Positions 10,781-20,066 of a DNA stretch of 64,000 nucleotides are shown piece after piece. The stretch comes from a bacterium (lineage in GTDB: Bacteria; Patescibacteriota; Patescibacteriia; UBA9570), in NCBI GenBank assembly GCA_030698395.1, contig JAUYKW010000001.1, positions 93,735-157,734 of the forward strand, written 5' to 3'. The notes under the pieces are model-generated. The model saw only the letters and a list, made by a program, of their open reading frames with translations, ran no database searches and was not told the origin of the DNA. Every line of letters begins with the position of its first letter. Position 1 is the first letter of the stretch. A program made the position numbers and the translations under genes.

Positions 10781-10850
10781 CACCTCCTTCAAGGTGTAAG
10801 ATAATAATTATTTGTGAATAAAATATAACACTTAACTATGTGTATGTCAA
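10781..10850 (-). promoter_or_regulatory. Sigma70 promoter and strong Shine-Dalgarno of rpsU
   Basis: TTGACA (10850-10845), 17 nt, TGnTATATT (-10 at 10827-10822); SD AGGAGGTG (10788-10781) 7 nt before ATT. Confidence 0.75.
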
Positions 10851-10855
10851 ATATT

Positions 10856-11194
10856 TTATGTTACTCCACGAATGGGCTCGCCACCCAAAATATGTAGATG
10901 TAAATGTGGAACAGCTTGTCCTCCATTCGATCCATTATTTGCGATAACTTTATAGCCTGAATCAGCAATTTGAAAATCCTCAGTAACATTTTTTATTGCT
11001 AAAGCTAACACAGACATCACACCAAAATTATCCATTGTTAAATCATTAAAAGTAACAATATGTTCTTTGGGAATTGCCAATAAATGAACCTTTGCTTTCG
11101 GATTAATATCTTTAATCACAAATACTTGATCATTTTCAAAAACGATATCAGCGTCTGTTTTATGCTGAGCTATTGAACAAAAAATGCAATCCAT
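10856..11194 (-). CDS. hit: Histidine triad (HIT) nucleotide-binding protein
   Basis: DCIFC N-terminus; HLHLHILGG histidine triad. Confidence 0.97.
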   Translation of the reverse strand: MDCIFCSIAQHKTDADIVFENDQVFVIKDINPKAKVHLLAIPKEHIVTFNDLTMDNFGVMSVLALAIKNVTEDFQIADSGYKVIANNGSNGGQAVPHLHLHILGGEPIRGVT

Positions 11195-11203
11195 GAAAAA
11201 CTA

Positions 11204-12736
11204 CTACTTACTCTTTTTTTTGCCGGTGTCTTTATCCTGAGTAGTTTTTACCTCCTGATTCTGGTTTTGATTCTGGTTCTTATTTCTGTTTTGGTTGCCA
11301 GGTTTTCTTGGGTCTTCATTTTCTAATTCAACGGGTTCATCTTGCGGACCAATGACTTTTGGTATTAACTCATCTGGTTCTTTTTGTAATCGCTTCTTCA
11401 ATTCATCACTAATCTTTTTTATATCAATAATTTCTTGTGATCCACTTTCCATATCTCTCATAATAATCGTTCCATCAAGTAACTCTTTTTGCCCAATAAT
11501 CAAAGTAAATCTGGAACCAATTTTATTAGCTGCTTTTAACTGCGCTGATAGACTTCCTTTTACTAGGTTAGCTCTTACTTTAAAACCATCTCCACGTAAT
11601 CTCTCCATTAAGCCTAATGAATATTTCTGAGCACTCTTTCCTAGCTGAGCAAGAAAAACATCAGGAATATATGCTTCTGAAAATCCAATTCTATTTGCCT
11701 TCATTGCCAAGATCAAACGTTCAATTCCAATAGCAAAGCCACATGCTCCAGCTGGTTGCCCACCCAAAAGTTCAATTAATCCATCATATCGGCCACCACC
11801 AGCTAACGCAGACTGACTACCCTGTACTTCATTTTCATCATATAGTTCAAAAACAATATCATTATAATAGTCTAGACCACGCACCAAAGTTGGTTCAAGT
11901 ACATAAGGGATACCAATATCATCTAGATATTCTAAAACTGTAATAAAATAATTCTTTGAATCCTCAGATAACCAATCTACTATTTGTGGAGCTTCAGCAA
12001 TAACAAGTTGATCTTGTTCATCTTTGGAATCTAACACTCGTAATGGATTTTTTGTTAACCTTTTCTTTGATTCTTCAGATAATTTTCTGCGGTTGTTTTT
12101 TAAATAGCTTACCAATTCATTAATATACTGCTCTCTATCTTCTTCACTTCCAATGCTGTTAATTCGGACAGTAGAATTAACACCTAATTCTTTCAGTAAG
12201 CTATGAGCTACTACAATCAATTCTGCATCAATAATTGGTGCACGACCACCGATAATCTCACAATCAATCTGATTGAATTGTCGATATCTTCCTGCTTGAG
12301 GTCTATCGTGTCTAAATAATTGACCAGTTGTAAAAAGCTTCACTGGCTGAGTACGATTAAGCATGCCATGTTCAATATAGGCACGAGCAATTCCAGCTGT
12401 AAATTCTGGACGTAAAGAAACTTTGTCGCCAGACTTATCTTCAAAAACATACATTTCTTTATCTACTACATCCGTAGTTTGCCCTAGTGATTTTGAAAAT
12501 AAACTAGCAAACTCAAGAATGGGTGTATCGATACGCTGATAACTATATGATACAGCTATATCCTCAAGCGCCTTTTGTACTGCATGTCTATAATTCTGTT
12601 GTTCCGGTAAAATATCTTTCATCCCACGAAGCAACTTTACGGGCTGTCTTCGCTTTGATGCTGCTGTTGTATCAGCTGATTCATCAGCAGATTTCTTACT
12701 CTCAGTTTTTTTTGCGGGGGTAGTTTTTGGTTGCAT
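11204..12736 (-). CDS. hisS: Histidine--tRNA ligase
   Basis: RGMKD, LRPEFTAGIAR, RHDRPQAGRYRQF, LVRGLDYY, GGGRYDGL, GFAIGIERL; low-complexity extensions at both ends. Confidence 0.98.
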   Translation of the reverse strand: MQPKTTPAKKTESKKSADESADTTAASKRRQPVKLLRGMKDILPEQQNYRHAVQKALEDIAVSYSYQRIDTPILEFASLFSKSLGQTTDVVDKEMYVFEDKSGDKVSLRPEFTAGIARAYIEHGMLNRTQPVKLFTTGQLFRHDRPQAGRYRQFNQIDCEIIGGRAPIIDAELIVVAHSLLKELGVNSTVRINSIGSEEDREQYINELVSYLKNNRRKLSEESKKRLTKNPLRVLDSKDEQDQLVIAEAPQIVDWLSEDSKNYFITVLEYLDDIGIPYVLEPTLVRGLDYYNDIVFELYDENEVQGSQSALAGGGRYDGLIELLGGQPAGACGFAIGIERLILAMKANRIGFSEAYIPDVFLAQLGKSAQKYSLGLMERLRGDGFKVRANLVKGSLSAQLKAANKIGSRFTLIIGQKELLDGTIIMRDMESGSQEIIDIKKISDELKKRLQKEPDELIPKVIGPQDEPVELENEDPRKPGNQNRNKNQNQNQNQEVKTTQDKDTGKKKSK

Positions 12737-12750
12737 ATACAAATAATTAA

Positions 12751-13299
12751 TCAAAATATAGCTAATCGATCAAATGGCCAAGCTCGGATCCAAACTCTAC
12801 CTATGAGATCATCATAAGTAATAGGTCCAAAACGACGAGAGTCATAACTAGCTGGCCGATTATCTCCTAAAATAAAATATTCCTTATCTTCTAATTTAAA
12901 ATGGCGCTTACCTGGCGCACTATCTGTAACAACAGAATCATCTAAATAGGCTGTTTCATCTAAATCAACACCGTTCAACACAATTTTACCATTAAGTATA
13001 TCTATTTCATCTCCTGGTATACCGATCACACGTTTTATAAAGAATTGTTTCGCATCACGAGGATCGTGTACAACAACCACCTCACCTCTTACTGGATCAT
13101 TAAATCTGTAAGACAACTCATCAATTATCAGATACTCGTAATCAGTATAGTTCGGCTCCATTGATGCACCCTTCACATAAAACGACTGAATTAAAAAATA
13201 CCGAATTGGAATTATGATAGCCAAAGAAATAACCACTACCTTAACAACCTCCCAAAAGAAAGATGCTGTTTGTGCCAAATATACCTTTTTTGTGTTCAT
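12751..13299 (-). CDS. lepB: Signal peptidase I
   Basis: GASMEPN (catalytic Ser), FIKRVIGIPGD (Lys), GDNR..S.DSR.FG. Confidence 0.97.
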   Translation of the reverse strand: MNTKKVYLAQTASFFWEVVKVVVISLAIIIPIRYFLIQSFYVKGASMEPNYTDYEYLIIDELSYRFNDPVRGEVVVVHDPRDAKQFFIKRVIGIPGDEIDILNGKIVLNGVDLDETAYLDDSVVTDSAPGKRHFKLEDKEYFILGDNRPASYDSRRFGPITYDDLIGRVWIRAWPFDRLAIF

Positions 13300-13703
13300 G
13301 CTGTTAGTACTTTATTAATCCGATCTAAAATGGCATCAAGTGTATGGTTGGATTTAACCAAATAATCTACTGCGCCCAATTCTTTACCTTTGTCTAGATC
13401 TATATCTTCACCGAGATTTGATAAAATTATAACCGGTATCTGATTAAAAGATTTGTGAGTTCTTAACCGTTTCAAGTACACAAAGCCATCTAATCTTGGC
13501 AATAAAATATCTAGCAATACTAAATCAGGTTTTTCTTTTTTTGTTTTTTGCCATCCCTCCTCACCTTGAATAGCAATTTTTACATCGTAACCACTGTCTA
13601 GTAAGCGCTCTTTTAAGATATTGCTTAAGGCCTGTTCATCCTCAATTAACAGAATCTTCTTCTTAGGCTCGTCTTTTGACGTGTCATCTGTACTTGCGAT
13701 CAT
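13296..13703 (-). CDS. Single-domain response regulator (receiver)
   Basis: ILLIEDE, PDLVLLDILLP, IILSNL, DYLVK. Confidence 0.92.
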   Translation of the reverse strand: MIASTDDTSKDEPKKKILLIEDEQALSNILKERLLDSGYDVKIAIQGEEGWQKTKKEKPDLVLLDILLPRLDGFVYLKRLRTHKSFNQIPVIILSNLGEDIDLDKGKELGAVDYLVKSNHTLDAILDRINKVLTA

Positions 13704-13770
13704 AATTTTACCTCTGTACACCATACAAGATTTTCTTGAATTAATCAAGTCTTAGCTGTATAGTAGACTA

Positions 13771-15408
13771 ATGCCAAAAAATATTTCTGAAAACGAACAA
13801 AAACCGAAAAAAAATGCCTCTGCTAAAGCTAAAGATGCTAAGCCAGTAAGTAATAAAAGGTCCGTAAAACCAGTACGAGAGAGCAAAAAAGTACAAAAAA
13901 CTGATGATAAAATGGATGCTTCAGTAAAGGAAAGTATTGCTAAAACAAATCTGGAAATCGAAACTGGCACATCAGAACAACAGCGGAACGGTAAAACATG
14001 GATGACTTGGAAAAAAGGTGTAATAATCGGCATCCTTGGTATTGGCATTTTATTTGTAGGACTCTCATTAAACAAGATAATTTCAACCACGAAAAATATC
14101 ATTGATTCTGATAATCCAACACCCTTACTTGAACAATTGGGAATTATTATTGGTGGTGAAGATAGACCCTTAAGAGGTGAGAACGAAGACAGAATAAACG
14201 TATTATTATTAGGTATCGGTGGTGATGGTCATGCCGGAGGAACTCTTACTGATTCGATTATGATTGCTAGCTTTCAACCATCTACCAATCAAGTATCACT
14301 TCTATCATTACCTCGAGATTTAGTTGTCAAAATATATGATGATGAAAATCCAAAATTGTGGGAAGGTAGGAAAATTAATTTTGCATACGAATTAGGTGGA
14401 ATGAATTTAGCCAAAGAAAAGGTGACTGAAGTTACTGGGTTAGATTTACACTATTACGTATTAATAGATTTTGCTGGTTTTAGAAAATTAATAGATGACG
14501 TAGATGGCGTATCAATAGATATTGAACGATCTTTTACCGGATTATATGGAGCCAATGAATTAAGCTTACCCTGCCCTACTGCACAACTATACTATCTAAC
14601 TGATGGTGCTTATTGTGCAATACCATTTAAGAGAGGTGTAGAAACCATGGACGGAGAAACAGCTTTGATATTTTCTCGCATTAGAAAACTCGCACCAGGC
14701 TCACTTAATCCAGAAGAAGGATCGGATTTTGCGCGTGGACAACGTCAGCAAAAAATTCTAGAAAGTTTTAAAGAAAAAGTCTTATCGACAAATACCTTAC
14801 TTCATTTAGGCAGAGTAAACGACATCCTAGATAGTTTAGGCGATCACTTGGAAACAAATATGGAAATTTGGGAAATGATGAAATTTGCTGATCTAGTTTC
14901 TAATGTAAGTAACGAAGATATTATCTCTCGAGTTGTTGATGACTCTCCTCAAGGATTAGTTTATTCAAAAATATACGAACCTACAGGTGCATATGTATTA
15001 GTTCCGCAAGCTGGAGAATATAACTTTAGTGAAATAACTCTAATGGCAAAGAATGTTTTCGAAAATGCAGAAACTGCCAAGGAGCAATCAACACTACAAA
15101 TACTAAACGCAACAACTCAAAATGGACTTGCTGCACGCACAGCAGAGACTCTCCAAGCTTATGATGTGGATGTGATAGATGTAGGAAATGCGCCAGATCA
15201 AACAATGCCCACTACTAAAATATATGATTTGACCATGGGTGAAAAGAAGCTGACTCTTGACCTATTGTTAGAATTAGTAGATGGTACTGTAGCTTCAGAG
15301 CAACAAACAAACGAGTTACTAGAAACCGATCCTGACGAAGATTTCTTTGATTCCTCTGCAGATTTTATAATTATATTAGGTAATAATGTCTCTCAAACGT
15401 CCCCCTAA
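13771..15408 (+). CDS. LCP (LytR-CpsA-Psr) family protein with LytR_C domain
   Basis: INVLLLGIGG, TDSIMI, LSLPRDL, KINFAY, SDFARGQRQQ; C-term ILNATTQNGLAARTAETL...VGNA...FIIILG. Confidence 0.93.
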   Translation: MPKNISENEQKPKKNASAKAKDAKPVSNKRSVKPVRESKKVQKTDDKMDASVKESIAKTNLEIETGTSEQQRNGKTWMTWKKGVIIGILGIGILFVGLSLNKIISTTKNIIDSDNPTPLLEQLGIIIGGEDRPLRGENEDRINVLLLGIGGDGHAGGTLTDSIMIASFQPSTNQVSLLSLPRDLVVKIYDDENPKLWEGRKINFAYELGGMNLAKEKVTEVTGLDLHYYVLIDFAGFRKLIDDVDGVSIDIERSFTGLYGANELSLPCPTAQLYYLTDGAYCAIPFKRGVETMDGETALIFSRIRKLAPGSLNPEEGSDFARGQRQQKILESFKEKVLSTNTLLHLGRVNDILDSLGDHLETNMEIWEMMKFADLVSNVSNEDIISRVVDDSPQGLVYSKIYEPTGAYVLVPQAGEYNFSEITLMAKNVFENAETAKEQSTLQILNATTQNGLAARTAETLQAYDVDVIDVGNAPDQTMPTTKIYDLTMGEKKLTLDLLLELVDGTVASEQQTNELLETDPDEDFFDSSADFIIILGNNVSQTSP

Positions 15409-16777
15409 AATTGTCCTACTTGGCCGAACTAATGCTGGAAAATCAACTTTATTTAATAGATTGTCCGAGCATGGAAAAGCTATAGTATCATCAACCGAAA
15501 ATACAACTAGAGATCAAAATAGAGATTTTGTTTACTGGAAAGGTTCCATGTTTGAATTAATCGACACCGGTGGACTTGATACTGCAGCACTAGACCCTCT
15601 AGATAAAGAGATTCAAGACCAAGTAGCTAAAGCATTACTAGAGGCTAATCTCATCCTTTTTGTAGTTGATGGAAAATCAGATTTAATGCCACAAGATAAA
15701 GAAGTAAAAAAAATCTTAGCTGGAATAAAAAAGCCTGTTGTGCTCTGTATTAATAAAACAGATAACTTAAAAATTAAACAAAATGCTAAAGCTGAATTTT
15801 CCAGGTTGAACATTGAACCAACAGTAACAATTTCAGCCATCAATGGTATTGGTACAGCTGATTTACTTGATGAAATATTAAAGTTAATTCCCCATTATCC
15901 AGCACCGGAAGAATCAGAGGAAGATGACCTTCTGCATATTGCGCTTGTGGGAAGACCAAATGTAGGAAAATCATCTTTATTCAATGCATTAGTTGGTGAA
16001 GATCGTGTAATTGTAAGTGATATAGCACACACTACTCGTGATATAAATGATACAGATTTGGTATATAAAGATAATAAGATTAGATTAATAGACACCGCAG
16101 GAATTCGTAGAAAAAGTAAAGTTGGTGACTGGAACATGAAAGGTAAAAAAAATAAAGGCCTAGCAAATATTGAACGGCTTGGCGTACAAGCAACTCTGGC
16201 CAATGTTGAAAAATCAGATGTAGTAATATTGTTACTTGAAGCTCAAAAAAGAATATCTAGTCAGGATAAAACATTAGTTAGTCACTCAAAAAAACATGGT
16301 AAAGGTTTAATAATTGTAGTTAATAAATGGGATTTAATACCAGATAAAGATTCAACTACTATAAATGAGTTTCAAGATTATTATTCTGACAACTTAGAAT
16401 TTGCAAAGCATACACCAGTGCTATTTATATCTGCGCTTAACAAACAACGCACCACAAAAGTTCTGGATATGGCAATAGAAGTAAATGATGCTCGTTCATT
16501 TATGGCTCCTCAAGAAGATTTAAATGATGCCTTACGAGAAATACAAAAAAGGAATCCTACACAAAAAACAAGAGTGGGACGCAATCAACAGAGAGTTCCT
16601 CTTGTGTTAAAATCTTTAAAACAAACAGAAATTGATCCTCCAGTCTTTATATTAAAAACACCAAAACCTAAAGAAATAGCAGGAGCTGTATTTAGTCTGC
16701 TAGAAAAAGAAATTAGAAAACGATGTAATTACGATGGTGTTCCAATAAAAATCGAAGCACGAAGCAAAAAGAAATGA
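15386..16777 (+). CDS. der: Ribosome biogenesis GTPase Der (EngA)
   Basis: Two GTPase domains: GRTNAGKS/DTGG/NKTD and GRPNVGKS/DTAG/NKWD. Confidence 0.97.
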   Translation: MSLKRPPKIVLLGRTNAGKSTLFNRLSEHGKAIVSSTENTTRDQNRDFVYWKGSMFELIDTGGLDTAALDPLDKEIQDQVAKALLEANLILFVVDGKSDLMPQDKEVKKILAGIKKPVVLCINKTDNLKIKQNAKAEFSRLNIEPTVTISAINGIGTADLLDEILKLIPHYPAPEESEEDDLLHIALVGRPNVGKSSLFNALVGEDRVIVSDIAHTTRDINDTDLVYKDNKIRLIDTAGIRRKSKVGDWNMKGKKNKGLANIERLGVQATLANVEKSDVVILLLEAQKRISSQDKTLVSHSKKHGKGLIIVVNKWDLIPDKDSTTINEFQDYYSDNLEFAKHTPVLFISALNKQRTTKVLDMAIEVNDARSFMAPQEDLNDALREIQKRNPTQKTRVGRNQQRVPLVLKSLKQTEIDPPVFILKTPKPKEIAGAVFSLLEKEIRKRCNYDGVPIKIEARSKKK

Positions 16778-17304
16778 AACTAATTATAGGCCTAGGTAAT
16801 CCAGGGGAAAAACATGCCAAAACTCGGCATAACATTGGCTTTCGCGTACTCGATTCTATTTGCGATGATTATTCTTTGATGGCAAAATGCTCTGCCCTTA
16901 TCTGTAAACAAGAAGATGTATTATATGCCAAACCACAAACGTTCATGAATCTATCTGGCGTAGCTGTAATTGCATTAATACAATATTATAAAATCGATTT
17001 AGCAGACATACTAGTTGTATATGATGATAAGGATATTAAATTCGGAGACGTTAGATTTCGCGAACAAGGTTCATCTGCTGGACATAACGGCATGAATTCT
17101 ATCATTGGTGTTTTAGGAACCAATGAATTTTCTAGAGTACGCATTGGTGTTGCACCAACCGACGAAGAAGCTGTCATTCATAATACTGCAGATTATGTAT
17201 TATCCAACTTTTCAAAAGATGAGGAAGCAGTATTATCAGATATTATTATAGAAGCAAAACAAAGCATTATTGAATTTGTAAATAAAAAACACTCAGTAAG
17301 CTAG
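16774..17304 (+). CDS. pth: Peptidyl-tRNA hydrolase
   Basis: LIIGLGNPG, TRHNIGF, KPQTFMNLSG, GHNGM.SI, RVRIGV. Confidence 0.97.
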   Translation: MKLIIGLGNPGEKHAKTRHNIGFRVLDSICDDYSLMAKCSALICKQEDVLYAKPQTFMNLSGVAVIALIQYYKIDLADILVVYDDKDIKFGDVRFREQGSSAGHNGMNSIIGVLGTNEFSRVRIGVAPTDEEAVIHNTADYVLSNFSKDEEAVLSDIIIEAKQSIIEFVNKKHSVS

Positions 17305-17437
17305 CCGTATGGGTGGGACTAGTTAGTCCGCTTGAGAATATCAGCTCGATTTAGGAGGAGTGGTCGGGCTGATAAAACCCATACAACTAGTTTGCTGAGT
17401 ATTTTGTGTAAGGAACGTACACTATTAAACGCGTAAC
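17284..17437 (-). ncRNA. Putative structured small RNA (three-way junction), family unassigned
   Basis: ~24-bp closing stem 17291-17314/17377-17400 encloses two hairpins. Minus-strand promoter TTGACA (17471-17466), 16 nt, TGcTAATAT (17449-17444); T-run after the stem. Confidence 0.55.
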
Positions 17438-17550
17438 TGAAGCATATTAGCAAATTGCCAGGTTTTGTCAAGCCCTAAGAGACGCTAGATTTCCACAATA
17501 TAATTGCTTTAAAACTAGCGTTTATCCTTTGTTTATTGAGTATAATGCTT

Positions 17551-19879
17551 CTAAATAACCCTTTTTACTCCACCTTTCTTAGTTAATTTCCATGTTCGAG
17601 ACGTCCTATTCCCCTTCTTGCCATATCTGGTGATGAATTTATTCTTGGCTGATTTCAACGTTAGCTTTAATGGAGAGAATTTCTTGTTCGGTAATGCGAA
17701 TGTTTTTACAACTTTCTTACTCAAACCATTGGACGGAGTTAATCTTAGAGTAACTACTCTTGCATTTTTCCGTCTAGCAGACATAAAGAATATAGATTCA
17801 TATGCTTTTGCAGAATAGAATTTTTTTAACTTTCATTCTGTAGTGTGTTCTATTTTCCGGTTTATTTTTGGCAATTCTTTTTTGAGACACTTTAACTCCG
17901 TCTACGTATACGCGAACCACTTTTCCGTTACTAACTATCAGTCGTTCGGCATCTACACTTAATTGATGTCTAAAATTCTTTCTACCATTAAATGGAGAGA
18001 TGGTTTGAGTTGAAGCATCTTCATAAGTTATGGTGATGTCTCCACCAGATTTAGTAGCATCTGTGATTGCTCCTGGATCTGCAGGTGTAACAGTTACTGT
18101 TCTAGTTCCAGTATCTGTGTTGTTGGAATCATCAGTTGCTGTATAAGTTACTGTATAGGTTCCAGGAGTGCTTGTATCTACTGGATTATTGGTGGTGACT
18201 GCCACAGAATCATCACAAGTGTCAGATGCAGTTGCTCCAGCATCGGTGTAAGTATCGCCTTCTGCTACTGTGACATCTGCACCAGATACTGTTAAAGTTG
18301 GATCTATTGTGTCAGATACTGTTACTGTTCTAGAAGCCGTCCCTTCATTATTATCATTATCTGTAGCTGAATAATTTATTGCATAATTTCCTGGAACAAA
18401 AACATCCAAAGCGCTGGAATCTACGCCAACATTAACACTTGTATCCCAATTATCAGACCCACTTGCACCAGCATCAGAATATGTAGTTGCACATTCATGA
18501 GTTAATGTACTACTGCCAGTTACGGTTACAACTGGAGCAGTTTGATCTAGTTCGTAGGCTCCGATGTCGCAAACAGAATTCTCTGGCCTTGCATAGCCCC
18601 TTTGATCAGTTGTCACTGATGCTGAACTGATATCAATACATATCCCAGCATCTACGGCAGGAGAAGTTGATTGTAATGCTATGGTATTTATTGATCCTCC
18701 GTTGTTTGCTAATCCTCCGGAATCCAATTGTGCATCAGTATTACTTAAATCATGACCTTGAGCAAAGCCACACGATGTTCCACTCTCTAAGTTATAATCC
18801 AACGATATAAGTGTTCCGCTACTAGAACAATTTTCATCCACTAGAGCACCCTCTATATTGGCATTTAAAATTGAACCATTAAAATACATTGAAGCTGATG
18901 CTAAACCACCTTCTTGAATAAATACACCTCCTCCTGATGATCCTGCAGTATTACCGCTAATTGTACTATGCGATATATCAAATCTATTAGACCATGCGGA
19001 ACCAGCGTTGCAGTAATTTCTGATACCTCCACCATCTGACGTTGCGGTATTACCAGTTATGGTTGTGTTCGTAATAGTTGATGTTGCCGTAGCACTACAG
19101 GTTGTTCCAATTCCACCACCATGCAAAGCTGTATTGCCTGAAATAGTTGAGTTATATACTTTGATATTCCAATTAGTATGAATTCCTCCACCTATACCAC
19201 TAGCACCAGCCTGGTTATCACTAATAGTTGAATTTGTAACAGTTAAAAATTCTCCAGCAGATGTATCATGAGAAATTCCTCCTCCATGTAAAGAAGCTGT
19301 ATTATTTGTAATTACCGTTCTATTAATGTCAGCTGTTCCAGTATTTGATGCCACACCACCTCCATAAGTTGCAGTGTTGTTCTCAATTATACTGTCATTA
19401 ACAGTTAGAATTCCATAAGATAGGATACCACCACCTGATGATGCAAAATTTCCACCAGTGATTGTCATATCATTAATTTCTAGCTCAGCACTTGGAGTTA
19501 CATCAAGTACTCGATCAATTGAGTTAGCATTAATAATTGTAGTGCCAGCACCAGCGCCATTGATAGTTAATAAGTTTCCCACGTCAAGAATATCTAAATC
19601 ACCTGTTGCATTAGAATCTTCACCAGATCCAGCCATAGATAATGTATAAGTCCCCGCAGATAATGTAATAACATCGTCAAAAGCATTATTGATATTTGCA
19701 GCTGAAATCGCCTCTCGCAACGAGCAGTCTTCAATATCACACGAACCGGGAATTGGATCATCAGTCCTAGTTACAACATATGTTTTAGGAGAACCTACGG
19801 CAGCCTGAACATTAAGAGTAAATCCAAACAAAAAAGATATGGATAACACTGCTATTAAATATATGTTTAATCTTTTCAT
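17551..19879 (-). pseudogene. Secreted CSLREA/choice-of-anchor-Q beta-helix protein with DUF5011 Ig repeats and Lys-rich C-terminus; frameshift at A7 tract 17821-17827
   Basis: Signal peptide, CSLREAI, TDQRG..RP...CDIGAYE, Y.DAGATA.D repeats. Removing one A joins ORF 17798..19879 to ORF 17551..17784 (VKKFYSAKAYESIFFMSARRK...). Confidence 0.8.
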
Positions 19880-20066
19880 TTTTTTTCCTTAAGATTTAAA
19901 ATCGTAATGCTGAATATTCTCCTAAATAAGCTATTATCTTTATATTCTCGATAATGAATCAAACATAAAGCAACAGCAACCTAATGCATTATACACTTTT
20001 TTTAGTTAAAATCAAAATTAACATACCCCTACACTTTGCATTATTTCCTATATATGATAATATTTT

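Noticed and set aside
17353-17398. Type I toxin peptide after the plus-strand AGGAGG
   Set aside because: The only nearby GTG overlaps the SD and gives a 12-codon, non-hydrophobic peptide.
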